A stretch of 51,247 nucleotides of DNA, taken from assembly GCA_018061685.1 (NCBI GenBank), contig JAGOTR010000003.1, forward strand, positions 1 through 51,247. The letters are read 5' to 3'. The stretch is from Candidatus Magasanikiibacteriota bacterium (lineage in GTDB: Bacteria > Patescibacteriota > Patescibacteriia > Magasanikbacterales > UBA922). Shown here piece by piece: positions 1 to 7,417 of this stretch (the stretch's first letter is position 1; each line of letters begins with the position of its first letter). A model generated the notes under the pieces. The model was not told where the DNA came from. It worked only from the letters and a program-made list of their open reading frames with translations, and ran no database searches. The position numbers and the translations under genes were made by a program.

Positions 1-329
1 GGAATGTCGGTGACTTGCCAGAGGATGAGAAAGAACAGTGATCCTCCCCCACACAGGAGGTCTCGTTTTTTGATTTCCTCCTCACCTTTCCACAGAGCGA
101 GCAAAAAAATAATGCCCGGGCCGATGGTGTACATGGCAATCAAGAGCGCTGCCCCCGTCATGCCGTCCGTCGCCATTTGCTCTCGATAGCTGAAGAGCAA
201 TACGGCACCATTCAGAGTGAGGGCGGCCCATGCTACACGGTTTGGTTTCAAGTCTCGGAAGAGAATATCAAAGATGTAGAAGCCAAAGGCGATAAACACC
301 AACACGCTTCCGAATGTATTCAAAGACAT
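1..329 (-). CDS. Hypothetical multi-pass membrane protein; only the N-terminal part is in the window (gene runs off the left edge)
   Basis: Absent from the ORF track because there is no stop in the window. Hand translation of the rc from ATG at 329-327 gives MSLNTFGSVLVFIAFGFYIFDILFRDLKPNRVAWAALTLNGAVLLFSYREQMATDGMTGAALLIAMYTIGPGIIFLLALWKGEEEIKKRDLL..., 109 sense codons with no stop and several hydrophobic helices. Confidence 0.6.
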   Translation of the reverse strand, partial: MSLNTFGSVLVFIAFGFYIFDILFRDLKPNRVAWAALTLNGAVLLFSYREQMATDGMTGAALLIAMYTIGPGIIFLLALWKGEEEIKKRDLLCGGGSLFFLILWQVTDI

Positions 330-552
330 GGTTTTCTCCGTACGGAAATGTCCGTGATTGTGTCTGCTATATATATCATGCAAAACGTGTTTTGTCTAAC
401 ATTTGTTATGTATGTGCACCCTCTCCACAGAAATATATTGCTGGGCTATTTGAGCTTTTTTTCAAAATACGCTATACTCATTTTTATAGAGAGTGTCTCT
501 CTCACTTGAACACAAAAAGTATTCTTTCTTTTGCTATTTTATTTTTTTATCT

Positions 553-1026
553 ATGTTTCAAAAAAATACCCAACAACCACAAGAACAATATGTACACGAA
601 GACGTCGGCCGTGATGAGGTAGAAACCGTCGTTGGTCCTTCGGTGCAAGTAGAAGGGGATTTTGCTTCAGAAGGAAATATTATTGTAAAAGGAACCGTAT
701 CTGGAAGTGTGAAAACCAGTCGGTTACTTCGGGTAGAACCAGGGGCAAAAATTTTAGCAAATGTAAAAGCAAATGAAGCTATTATTGCTGGGCAAGTAAA
801 AGGCGATGTTCGTGTATTGAACACACTTGAACTCACTGAAACAGCACAAATTTTAGGAGACATTACTTGTAGTGTGTTGGCTGTTGCTGCAGGAGCACTC
901 GTTGAAGGAAAGGTAAGTATGAAAGGAATTGATATTCAAGATAATAAACCTATCAAAAGAAGAGGGCTTAGTCGTATCAAACAAAGCACGGGAGAAGACG
1001 ATCATGACGAATCTGAATCTATGTAA
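553..1026 (+). CDS. Bactofilin-family (DUF583-type) polymer-forming cytoskeletal protein
   Basis: ORF 493..1026. An internal ATG at 553 (MFQKNTQQ...) is the likelier start, since 493 is GTG inside an AT-rich spacer. Repetitive beta-helix pattern VEGDFASEGNIIVKGTVSGSVK...ILANVKANEAIIAGQVKGDVRV...ILGDITCSVLAVAAGALVEGKVSM followed by an acidic tail. Confidence 0.8.
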   Translation: MFQKNTQQPQEQYVHEDVGRDEVETVVGPSVQVEGDFASEGNIIVKGTVSGSVKTSRLLRVEPGAKILANVKANEAIIAGQVKGDVRVLNTLELTETAQILGDITCSVLAVAAGALVEGKVSMKGIDIQDNKPIKRRGLSRIKQSTGEDDHDESESM

Positions 1027-1052
1027 TCCTCCGCGAGAAGATCCCGCTGCCT

Positions 1053-1814
1053 ATGTACGTCTATTTGTACGATGATTATATAAAAGAAAAAAAATACGAT
1101 GTGACCATGAAAGCAATCGAAACACGATTGACAGATTTTGGTATTGCTGGTAAAATTATTCGGCTACAACAGTTTACCAATGCGGAAAGTTTGATAGAAG
1201 AAGAGGTAAAAAAAGGTGCCACCACGATTGTTATTGTGGGCAATGATCGCACGTTTGGGCAGGTATTATCACGCGCCGCAACCTGTCAGGTACTGTTTGG
1301 CTTTTTACCAGTTGGTGAAGGAAATACCATTGCAGGAGTCCTTGGTATTAAAGAAGGCGTTGACGCATGTGACATTCTTTCAAAAAGAAGAAAAGTACTT
1401 CTTGATGTGGGGTGGGTAAATAATAGATATTTTATTTCTCAACTTCACATTTATCCGCACAATATTCGTGTTGAATATGATGAGCGGTTTGCCGTGTCTT
1501 CCAAAAAAAATAAAATGGAATTGGTGGTGTGTAATTTACAACCATTTGTTTGGAAGGCTCGTGGCAGAAAAGAATATGTGATTCACCCACAAGATGGAAA
1601 GCTTGAAGCATTTTTGCGACCATTACAAAAGAAAACATTGTTTCAAGATTTGTACGAAGAACCCAGTGTGTTTCCATTTGAAGAAATGATTGTGACAAGT
1701 GCAACGCCATTTGTAATGGAAGCTGATGGGAAAAGAACAAAAGAAATTAAAGTGGTCATTCGACTCGCAAAAAAACGAGTGGAAATGATTGTTGGAAAAG
1801 AGAGAAAGTTTTAA
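1053..1814 (+). CDS. Diacylglycerol-kinase-catalytic-domain (YegS/BmrU-like) lipid kinase family protein with a degenerate motif
   Basis: 253-aa ORF. TTIVIVGNDRTFGQVLS aligns with the GGDGT nucleotide-binding loop of DAGK_cat proteins, and GFLPVGEGNTIA resembles the (L)P.G(T/S)(G/A)N motif. Confidence 0.55.
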   Translation: MYVYLYDDYIKEKKYDVTMKAIETRLTDFGIAGKIIRLQQFTNAESLIEEEVKKGATTIVIVGNDRTFGQVLSRAATCQVLFGFLPVGEGNTIAGVLGIKEGVDACDILSKRRKVLLDVGWVNNRYFISQLHIYPHNIRVEYDERFAVSSKKNKMELVVCNLQPFVWKARGRKEYVIHPQDGKLEAFLRPLQKKTLFQDLYEEPSVFPFEEMIVTSATPFVMEADGKRTKEIKVVIRLAKKRVEMIVGKERKF

Positions 1815-1838
1815 ATTCCCGTCTTCGCCTGCGGGCTA

Positions 1839-1858
1839 CCTGCCTGCCGGCAGGCAGG
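1839..1858. repeat. Perfect 20-bp GC-rich palindrome CCTGCCTGCCGGCAGGCAGG (copy 1 of 3)
   Basis: Read directly. It lies just after the stop of the 1053..1814 gene and could also act as its terminator hairpin. The same core recurs at 2552-2568 and 2965-2984. Confidence 0.85.
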
Positions 1859-1944
1859 CGCCGGGCAAGTTCTTCTTTACAAATTTTTATCTACACCCTA
1901 TGTGCTTTTGTGAGAGTGTATAGATGTGTATGTAATACACTAAG

Positions 1945-2027
1945 GCTCAGATGGCGGAATGGTATACGCGCATGCTTGAGGTGCATGTGGGGGCAACCCC
2001 GTGGAGGTTCAAGTCCTCTTCTGAGCA
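1945..2027 (+). tRNA. tRNA-Leu, anticodon GAG, class II (long variable arm), no encoded CCA
   Basis: Acceptor stem GCTCAGA/TCTGAGC plus discriminator A. D arm GCG-GAATGGTATA-CGC. Anticodon stem CATGC/GCATG with loop TTGAGGT (anticodon GAG). Variable-arm hairpin GGGG-GCAA-CCCC. T arm GGAGG-TTCAAGT-CCTCT. Confidence 0.85.
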
Positions 2028-2140
2028 CGCGAAAAATGGCGCAAGCCATTTAGAGCGTCACGTGATGACCGATAGGTCATTTTACGTGACGAGGTGAGGG
2101 TAATTAAACGAAAGGCGCCATCTCGCGGCACAGCACGAAT

Positions 2141-2172
2141 AAAAAAACTCCGATAGTATCGGAGTTTTTTTT
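2141..2172. terminator. Bidirectional intrinsic terminator shared by convergent tRNA-Leu and rnpB
   Basis: AAAAAAA-CTCCGATA-G-TATCGGAG-TTTTTTTT: a 9-bp stem flanked by an A-run on one side and a T-run on the other. Confidence 0.75.
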
Positions 2173-2911
2173 GTTCATAGCAGTGTAAGCCGAATTTTGT
2201 ATCCTTTGAGCAGAGCTCTCGGGACTTGATCATTTATCTTGTTCACGTATTACTACGTGACTCCAGCGAGCGAACTTTTCCAGGGCTTCGCTTCCGCTAC
2301 GCTACAGCTACGCCCTGCAGGCATGGCACATGACACGTGTATGAGTGTGAATCAATCATACACCTGTCGGGCCTGCCCGGCGTAGCCGGAGCGCAGCGGA
2401 GGCGAAGCCAGGGCTGCTCTTGCTCTCAGTAGGGTTTACCACGCCGCGCTGTCACCAGGCGGCGAGCGTTGTCGCTTTTTCTCTCGAGAGGAAAAAACGT
2501 CAATGCACTTTTCACCTTTCGTCTTGCGCAGCAAGACGACCCTGAGCGAACGCCTGCCGGCAGGCAGGACGTGAGTCGAAGGGTATAATGGTAATTCTCA
2601 CAAAAATAATCTTCGGCGTATGGTGGATAGTATCCAGTATACTCTGCTATCCATCTTCACGCAGATGCTTTTGGTTAGAATTACACTCATCATACCCTTC
2701 GACTTCAGTCGGCTGCGGCCTCCTTACGCTCAGGGTAATTTTGCTGCGCAAAATTAGTATTGTCTCTGTGGCACTGTCCCGCCTGTATACTTTGCAGTAT
2801 ACGGGGGTGGGTGTTACCCACTACCATGCTACCTTAGGCAAATGCCAGGGGAGAGTTCGGACTTTCCTCATCTCGACGTAAAGTCGTGACGCGATCAAGA
2901 CTGATATGAAC
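2173..2911 (-). ncRNA. rnpB: RNase P RNA, bacterial type A, with two large helical expansions (about 739 nt)
   Basis: Minus-strand reading shows the universal elements. P4 5' strand GAGGAAAGUCCGAAC (rc of 2855-2869). ACAGUGCCACAGAGACA (rc of 2761-2777). GAAAGGUGAAAAGUG (rc of 2506-2520). GGUAAACCCUACUGAGAGCAAGAGC (rc of 2416-2440). P4 3' strand ACAAAAUUCGGCUUAC (rc of 2185-2200). P1 pairing GUUCAUAUCAGU (rc of 2900-2911) with ACUGCUAUGAAC (rc of 2173-2184), 11 of 12 bp. Ends are good to about +/-10 nt. Confidence 0.85.
2552..2568. repeat. GC-rich palindrome copy 2 (GCCTGCCGGCAGGCAGG, left arm shortened), inside the rnpB expansion
   Basis: Read directly. It shares 16 of 20 nt of the core with copies 1 and 3. 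Confidence 0.8.
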
Positions 2912-2964
2912 GAGAGAAATATACAGTGGAAAGAGAGTGTTGTCAACCCGGCTTCACTTCGTTA

Positions 2965-2984
2965 CCTGCCTGCCGGCAGGCAGG
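2965..2984. repeat. Perfect 20-bp GC-rich palindrome CCTGCCTGCCGGCAGGCAGG (copy 3), centre of a longer hairpin
   Basis: Identical to copy 1 including the flanking TA. Outer arms GTCAACCCGGCTTC (2942-2955) and GAAGTCGGGTTGAC (about 2999-3012) pair with one G-U, giving a hairpin of about 70 nt between rnpB and the sugar transferase gene. Confidence 0.85.
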
Positions 2985-3060
2985 AAGCGGAGCCGGACGA
3001 AGTCGGGTTGACCAAAGTAGTATTTTTTCGTATTATGAAGCTAGAATATCTTTATTTTTT

Positions 3061-4479
3061 ATGAAACGATTTGAACTTATTTTATTATTTTTGCACGTCC
3101 CGATTGATTTTATTTTATTGCTCTTGGCAGCAATAAGTGCGTATGTGCTTCGAGCTTCGGATTTTGTGGTTGGGGTAAAACCCATTTTATTTGATATTAC
3201 ATTTTCTGAATATTTTTCTATTGCTCTTTGGGTGAGTGTCGCATGGATTGCTATTTTTGCTCTCGCGGGCCTCTATAGCCCGGTTGCTTCTCGACGGTTT
3301 GCTACCGATATGGTGCGTATTTTTTTTGCGACCGCAACAGGATTGGCGGGCATTGCATTGTATATGCTGTTCACGCAACAATTATTTGATTCTCGTTTTT
3401 TGGTTGCTGCGAGTTGGGGATTTGCACTTATCTATGTGATTCTTGGGAGACTCGTCGTGCGTGGTATAAAGGGTATTTGCTATCGTGCGGGGATTGGTCT
3501 TCGGTCTCTTGTTATTATCGGTGACGATAGTATCGCATCTGAATTAGAAAACGTGCTCAAAACAAGAAAAGAATTAGGCAGACACGTTATTGCGAGATTT
3601 TCTCATTTTACTCGTGAGGCACAAAAGTACATGGATGGTGTCACAATCGATGAGGTACTTATGACAAATCCTCGTGGAAATGAAGAAGAAACGCTCAAGC
3701 TCCTCGACTATGTGCAATCACGTCATATTGCGTTTCACTATTCGGCAGACTTGTTTGCCACTATTGCTGCCAACACGAGTGTCCACCCGTTAGCAGGAAT
3801 TCCTATTGTAGAAATAAAGCCCACGCGACTTGAGGGGTGGGGAAGAATTTTGAAACGATTGTTTGATATTGTGCTGAGCGTGATTGTCCTTGTGGGAGGC
3901 ACACCATTTTTTCTTATTGTTGCCCTTGGTATTTTAATAGAAACGGGTCGACCCGTGATTTATAAAAACGAACGAGTGGGCGTTCGTCGAAAATATTTTT
4001 TTCTGTATAAATTTAGATCTATGTATCAAGCTGATTCTACCGGCCCACAGTTTGGTGCATCAGGTGACGTGGCTTTAAAAAAAGAGGCGGCTCTTATTAA
4101 AAAACAAAATGGGCGAAAAGGACCCATTTATAAAGTACACAACGATCCTCGAGTAACACGATTTGGTAAATTTTTACGTCGGTGGAGTATTGATGAGTTT
4201 CCCCAATTTTGGAATGTCCTGTGTGGCACTATGAGCGTGGTTGGCCCACGTCCACATCAACCGCGTGAAGTATCGCTGTATGAAAAAAAACATGGATTAG
4301 CATTTAACGTGAAGCCCGGCATTACCGGATTATCACAAATTTCTGGCAGAAGTGATTTGTCGTATGAAGAAGAAATGCGACTCGATATTTTATATATTGA
4401 AAAATGGAGTTTGTGGCTTGATGTGATTATTGTGGTGAAGACGCCGTTTTTATTGTTTAAGAAAAGAAAGGTGGAGTAA
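3061..4479 (+). CDS. Undecaprenyl-phosphate sugar phosphotransferase (WbaP/ExoY-type bacterial sugar transferase)
   Basis: ORF 2926..4479 trimmed to ATG 3061 (MKRFELILLF...), because the upstream 45 codons cover the GC palindrome and the rnpB flank. N-terminal TM helices. C-terminal hallmark KRLFDIVLS...PVIYKNERVG...FFLYKFRSM...DPRVTRFGKFLRRWSIDEFPQFWNVLCGTMSVVGPRP...KPGITGLSQI. Confidence 0.9.
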   Translation: MKRFELILLFLHVPIDFILLLLAAISAYVLRASDFVVGVKPILFDITFSEYFSIALWVSVAWIAIFALAGLYSPVASRRFATDMVRIFFATATGLAGIALYMLFTQQLFDSRFLVAASWGFALIYVILGRLVVRGIKGICYRAGIGLRSLVIIGDDSIASELENVLKTRKELGRHVIARFSHFTREAQKYMDGVTIDEVLMTNPRGNEEETLKLLDYVQSRHIAFHYSADLFATIAANTSVHPLAGIPIVEIKPTRLEGWGRILKRLFDIVLSVIVLVGGTPFFLIVALGILIETGRPVIYKNERVGVRRKYFFLYKFRSMYQADSTGPQFGASGDVALKKEAALIKKQNGRKGPIYKVHNDPRVTRFGKFLRRWSIDEFPQFWNVLCGTMSVVGPRPHQPREVSLYEKKHGLAFNVKPGITGLSQISGRSDLSYEEEMRLDILYIEKWSLWLDVIIVVKTPFLLFKKRKVE

Positions 4480-4491
4480 TTATTTCATGGC

Positions 4492-4516
4492 AACATGGAG
4501 CATGGAACATTGAACA
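4492..4516. repeat. Left inverted repeat flanking the four-helix-bundle gene
   Basis: AACATGGAGCATGGAACATTGAACA. Its rc, TGTTCAATGTTCCATGCTCCATG, recurs as two overlapping pieces at 4913-4941. Confidence 0.7.
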
Positions 4517-4523
4517 CAAATAT

Positions 4524-4903
4524 ATGGGAGGGGATTTGCGTATACAAGAGAGGTTTCATGATAAGCTGAAGCGTTTGATTCATGAGTATGTTTTGTTAAC
4601 ATATACACTCACAAAAAAGTATCCCAATGAAGAACGATATGGGCTTATATCTCAAGACCGACGAGCATCTTTATCTATTATGTTGAATTATGTGGAAGGA
4701 TATGGAAGAATGAAAGACGGTGTAAAGAAAAATTTTTATGAAATTTCTTTTGCATCTTTAAAAGAATCCATTTATTGCAAGTATATTGCATTGAATCAAA
4801 ATATATAACAAAAGAAGAGTATATTTCTCTTTTTACTTTAAAACAAAAAATCGGAGCAATGCTTTTTTCTACTATTGCAAGTATAAGTAAAAAAAGTGAG
4901 TAA
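4524..4903 (+). pseudogene. Four-helix-bundle protein (23S rRNA intervening-sequence protein / Avd-like family), split by a frame change near 4800-4808
   Basis: Frame 0 (4524..4808) reads GDLRIQERFHDKLKRLIHEYVLLTYTLTKKYPNEERYGLISQDRRASLSIMLNYVEGYGR...FASLKESIYCKYIALNQNI-stop. The expected family C-terminus continues in the -1 frame from 4808 as TKEEYISLFTLKQKIGAMLFSTIASISKKSE-stop (TAA 4901-4903). The switch falls in the run CAAAATATATAA. Confidence 0.7.
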
Positions 4904-4912
4904 CACAATCGG

Positions 4913-4941
4913 GTTCCATGCTCCATGTTCAATGTTCCATG
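4913..4941. repeat. Right inverted repeat flanking the four-helix-bundle gene
   Basis: GTTCCATGCTCCATG followed by TTCAATGTTCCATG, both complementary to parts of 4492-4516. Confidence 0.7.
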
Positions 4942-4943
4942 AT

Positions 4944-6068
4944 ATGAAAATTGCCTTAGTTCACGACTACCTTTCTCAAGATGGGGGGGCCGAAAAAGTG
5001 TTGCATGCCTTTCATGAAGTATGGCCTGATGCCCCTATTTTTGTGTTGTTTTATGATGCAAAAAAAATTTTAGGATTTGAGAATGCTGATATTCGTGAAT
5101 CATTCTTAGCTAAGCTGCCTTTGGGCAAGAAAAAATATCAGTGGTATATTTCACTCATGCCGCTTGCGACAGAAAAACATAATTTGCATGAATTTGATGT
5201 GGTACTCTCTTCAACGAGTGCCTTTGCAAAAGGCGTACTCACTCGGCCAGACACATTGCATATTTCATACTGCCATACACCCACGCGATATTTATGGACC
5301 GATACGCATGAATATATTGCCGAATTAAAATATAATAAATTGGTGAAAGCAGCACTCCCAAAATTGATTCATAAACTTCGTATGTGGGATAAAATGAGTG
5401 TTGACCGTGTTGATCATTTTATTGCTAATTCAAATACCGTGCGACAACGCATTCAAAAATATTATCGACGAGAAAGTGATATTATCTACCCGCCAGCCGA
5501 TGTGCATGCATTTTCTGTGGCCGAACACCCGCAAGATTATTTTATTTCAGGTGGCCGATTGGTGCCGTATAAACGATTTGATATTTTGGTGCAAGCGTTT
5601 AATCGATTGCGATTGCCGCTGGTTATTTTTGGCTCAGGCCCCGAACTTGCACGACTCAAAAAAATGGCAAAGCCAAATATTCGGTTTGTGGGGCGTGTCA
5701 GTGATAGTGAAAAAGCAACACTGTTACAGCATGCCCGTGCTTTTTTGCATCCGCAGGTAGAAGATTTAGGTATTACCCCAATTGAATCCATGGCAAGCGG
5801 CACGCCCGTGATTGCCTATGGCGTAGGGGGAGCAACCGAAACCGTGATACCGGGCAAAACCGGCGTGTTTTTTTACGAACAAACGTGGGAATCGGTAGTG
5901 GATGTGGTGCTCAATTTTGAGGATGATGCATGGGATAGAGATGATATTGCCAAACATGCACAAAGTTACGGTTTGGTTGGTTTTAAACACAAAATAAAAA
6001 CATACGTTGATGAACGCTACGAAGAGTTTCAAAAAGGGTTGAATCAATGTCAATTAAACATTCGATAA
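4944..6068 (+). CDS. Glycosyltransferase family 4 (group 1)
   Basis: ORF 4896..6068 trimmed to ATG 4944 (MKIALVHDYLSQDGGAEKV...), because upstream codons lie in the inverted repeat. C-terminal EX7E region HPQVEDLGITPIESMASGTPVIAYGVGGATETV. Confidence 0.85.
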   Translation: MKIALVHDYLSQDGGAEKVLHAFHEVWPDAPIFVLFYDAKKILGFENADIRESFLAKLPLGKKKYQWYISLMPLATEKHNLHEFDVVLSSTSAFAKGVLTRPDTLHISYCHTPTRYLWTDTHEYIAELKYNKLVKAALPKLIHKLRMWDKMSVDRVDHFIANSNTVRQRIQKYYRRESDIIYPPADVHAFSVAEHPQDYFISGGRLVPYKRFDILVQAFNRLRLPLVIFGSGPELARLKKMAKPNIRFVGRVSDSEKATLLQHARAFLHPQVEDLGITPIESMASGTPVIAYGVGGATETVIPGKTGVFFYEQTWESVVDVVLNFEDDAWDRDDIAKHAQSYGLVGFKHKIKTYVDERYEEFQKGLNQCQLNIR

Positions 6069-6078
6069 ATTTTTGTGT

Positions 6079-7227
6079 ATGCGTATTGCAATTGACATTC
6101 GATCACTCGCACAACCAGAATGTACCGGCGTGGGTGAGTATACGCGTGAATGTGTGCGTGCATTGGTAAAAAAAAAAATGGATCACAAGATCTATTTATT
6201 TTATTCGGGCTTGCGTACTCTTCACCTCCCATTTGTGTTACCACAGGGTGTTGAGTTGATTCATACCAAGTGGCCAAATAAAGTATTTCATGCTCTTGTT
6301 TTTTTGCGTTTTATTTGTGTGGATCGGCATATTGAAAAAAGAATGAAGCTCCAAAAAAAATTGGATGTATTTTTTTCACCCAATAGTCATTTTACGCATG
6401 TGTCACACGACGTTCGTGTTGCACTCACGATTCATGATCTTGCCTCGGTGTTGTACCCCGAAACATTTTCACTCAAGCGTCGATTGTGGCACGCGTTACT
6501 TGGGGTAAAAAAACAGGTGGATCGTGCGGACATTATTTTTACGCCATCAGAACACACGAAGCGTGATGTGTGCCGAGTTTTTTCTATTGCAAAAGAAAAA
6601 GTGCATGTGGCGTATCCTGGTATTTCTGATTTGTTTTTGGATACCACACCTGGCCTGCAAAAAGAACAATCACAGGTACAAGAAAAATATAGCTTGCAGT
6701 TTCCGTATATATTTTTTTTAGGAACATTAGAGCCACGGAAAAATGTGGGTACCCTTATTGATGCGTTTGTTCTTTCGGGGTTACGAGAAAAAGGATACAC
6801 CTTACTTTTGGCGGGTGGAAAGGGGTGGAAATCACGGGGCCTGTTACAAAAAATTACGAATACAGCAGGGGTGCGATATATTGGCTATGTGCCGCGACAA
6901 GAAAAACGTGCCTTGTATTCACTTGCACGGGTATCGGTGTACCCCAGCACCTACGAAGGGTTTGGGTTTCCGCCACTTGAAGCAGCGTCGTGCTCTACTG
7001 CGGTTGTTGCAAGCAATGTATCGTCACTCCCCGAAGTATTGGGTGGTGGGGCGTATTTGGTGAATCCACACAGTGTGGCAGACTTGGCCACTGGCATGGT
7101 GCGTGTGGCAGAGGACGATACGTTGCGACAGTTATTGATTCAAAAAGGGAAAGCCGTAGCGGCGGGGTATAGGTGGCAGCGGATGGTGGGTGAGGTGGTG
7201 AGGGTGCTTGAAAGGCTTCCTGAATAA
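6079..7227 (+). CDS. Glycosyltransferase family 4 (group 1)
   Basis: ORF 6073 (TTG) trimmed to ATG 6079 (MRIAIDIRSL...). Motifs FFLGTLEPRKN and PSTYEGFGFPPLEAASCSTAVVASNVSSLPEVLG. Confidence 0.85.
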   Translation: MRIAIDIRSLAQPECTGVGEYTRECVRALVKKKMDHKIYLFYSGLRTLHLPFVLPQGVELIHTKWPNKVFHALVFLRFICVDRHIEKRMKLQKKLDVFFSPNSHFTHVSHDVRVALTIHDLASVLYPETFSLKRRLWHALLGVKKQVDRADIIFTPSEHTKRDVCRVFSIAKEKVHVAYPGISDLFLDTTPGLQKEQSQVQEKYSLQFPYIFFLGTLEPRKNVGTLIDAFVLSGLREKGYTLLLAGGKGWKSRGLLQKITNTAGVRYIGYVPRQEKRALYSLARVSVYPSTYEGFGFPPLEAASCSTAVVASNVSSLPEVLGGGAYLVNPHSVADLATGMVRVAEDDTLRQLLIQKGKAVAAGYRWQRMVGEVVRVLERLPE

Positions 7228-7249
7228 TCAAGGTATTCTTTTTTAGAAG

Positions 7250-7276
7250 ATCGCTCCTGTACGGGCGATTTTTTTT
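7250..7276 (+). terminator. Weak intrinsic terminator after the GT4 gene
   Basis: ATCGC-TCCTGTACGG-GCGAT followed by T8. The stem is only 5-6 bp. Confidence 0.35.
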
Positions 7277-7291
7277 GTGGGTGGAGGAGGA

Positions 7292-7320
7292 TTGACAAAG
7301 TATGCAAAGTGTGGCAACCT
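7292..7320 (+). promoter_or_regulatory. Candidate sigma-70 promoter of island gene 1
   Basis: Perfect -35 TTGACA (7292-7297), 17-nt spacer, weak -10 CAACCT. Confidence 0.35.
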
Positions 7321-7417
7321 CACCTGTTCTCTGCATGGGTGTGCAGGGGATTTTTTACAATTCAAATTCAGGATACATGATCCTGAGGCGCCCGTGGAAG
7401 GGCAGAAGGAACGTTCC

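Noticed and set aside
2009-3060. ORF-track entries 2009..2233 (-) and 2588..2881 (+), and the first 45 codons of 2926..4479 (+)
   Set aside because: They lie on or against the RNase P RNA, its terminator and the GC palindrome hairpin. They have no start signals, and their openness is explained by the structured GC-rich RNA gene.
4524-4903. Diversity-generating retroelement around the Avd-like gene
   Set aside because: There is no reverse-transcriptase ORF and no template/variable repeat pair anywhere in the window. Only the accessory-type gene is present, and it is frame-disrupted.
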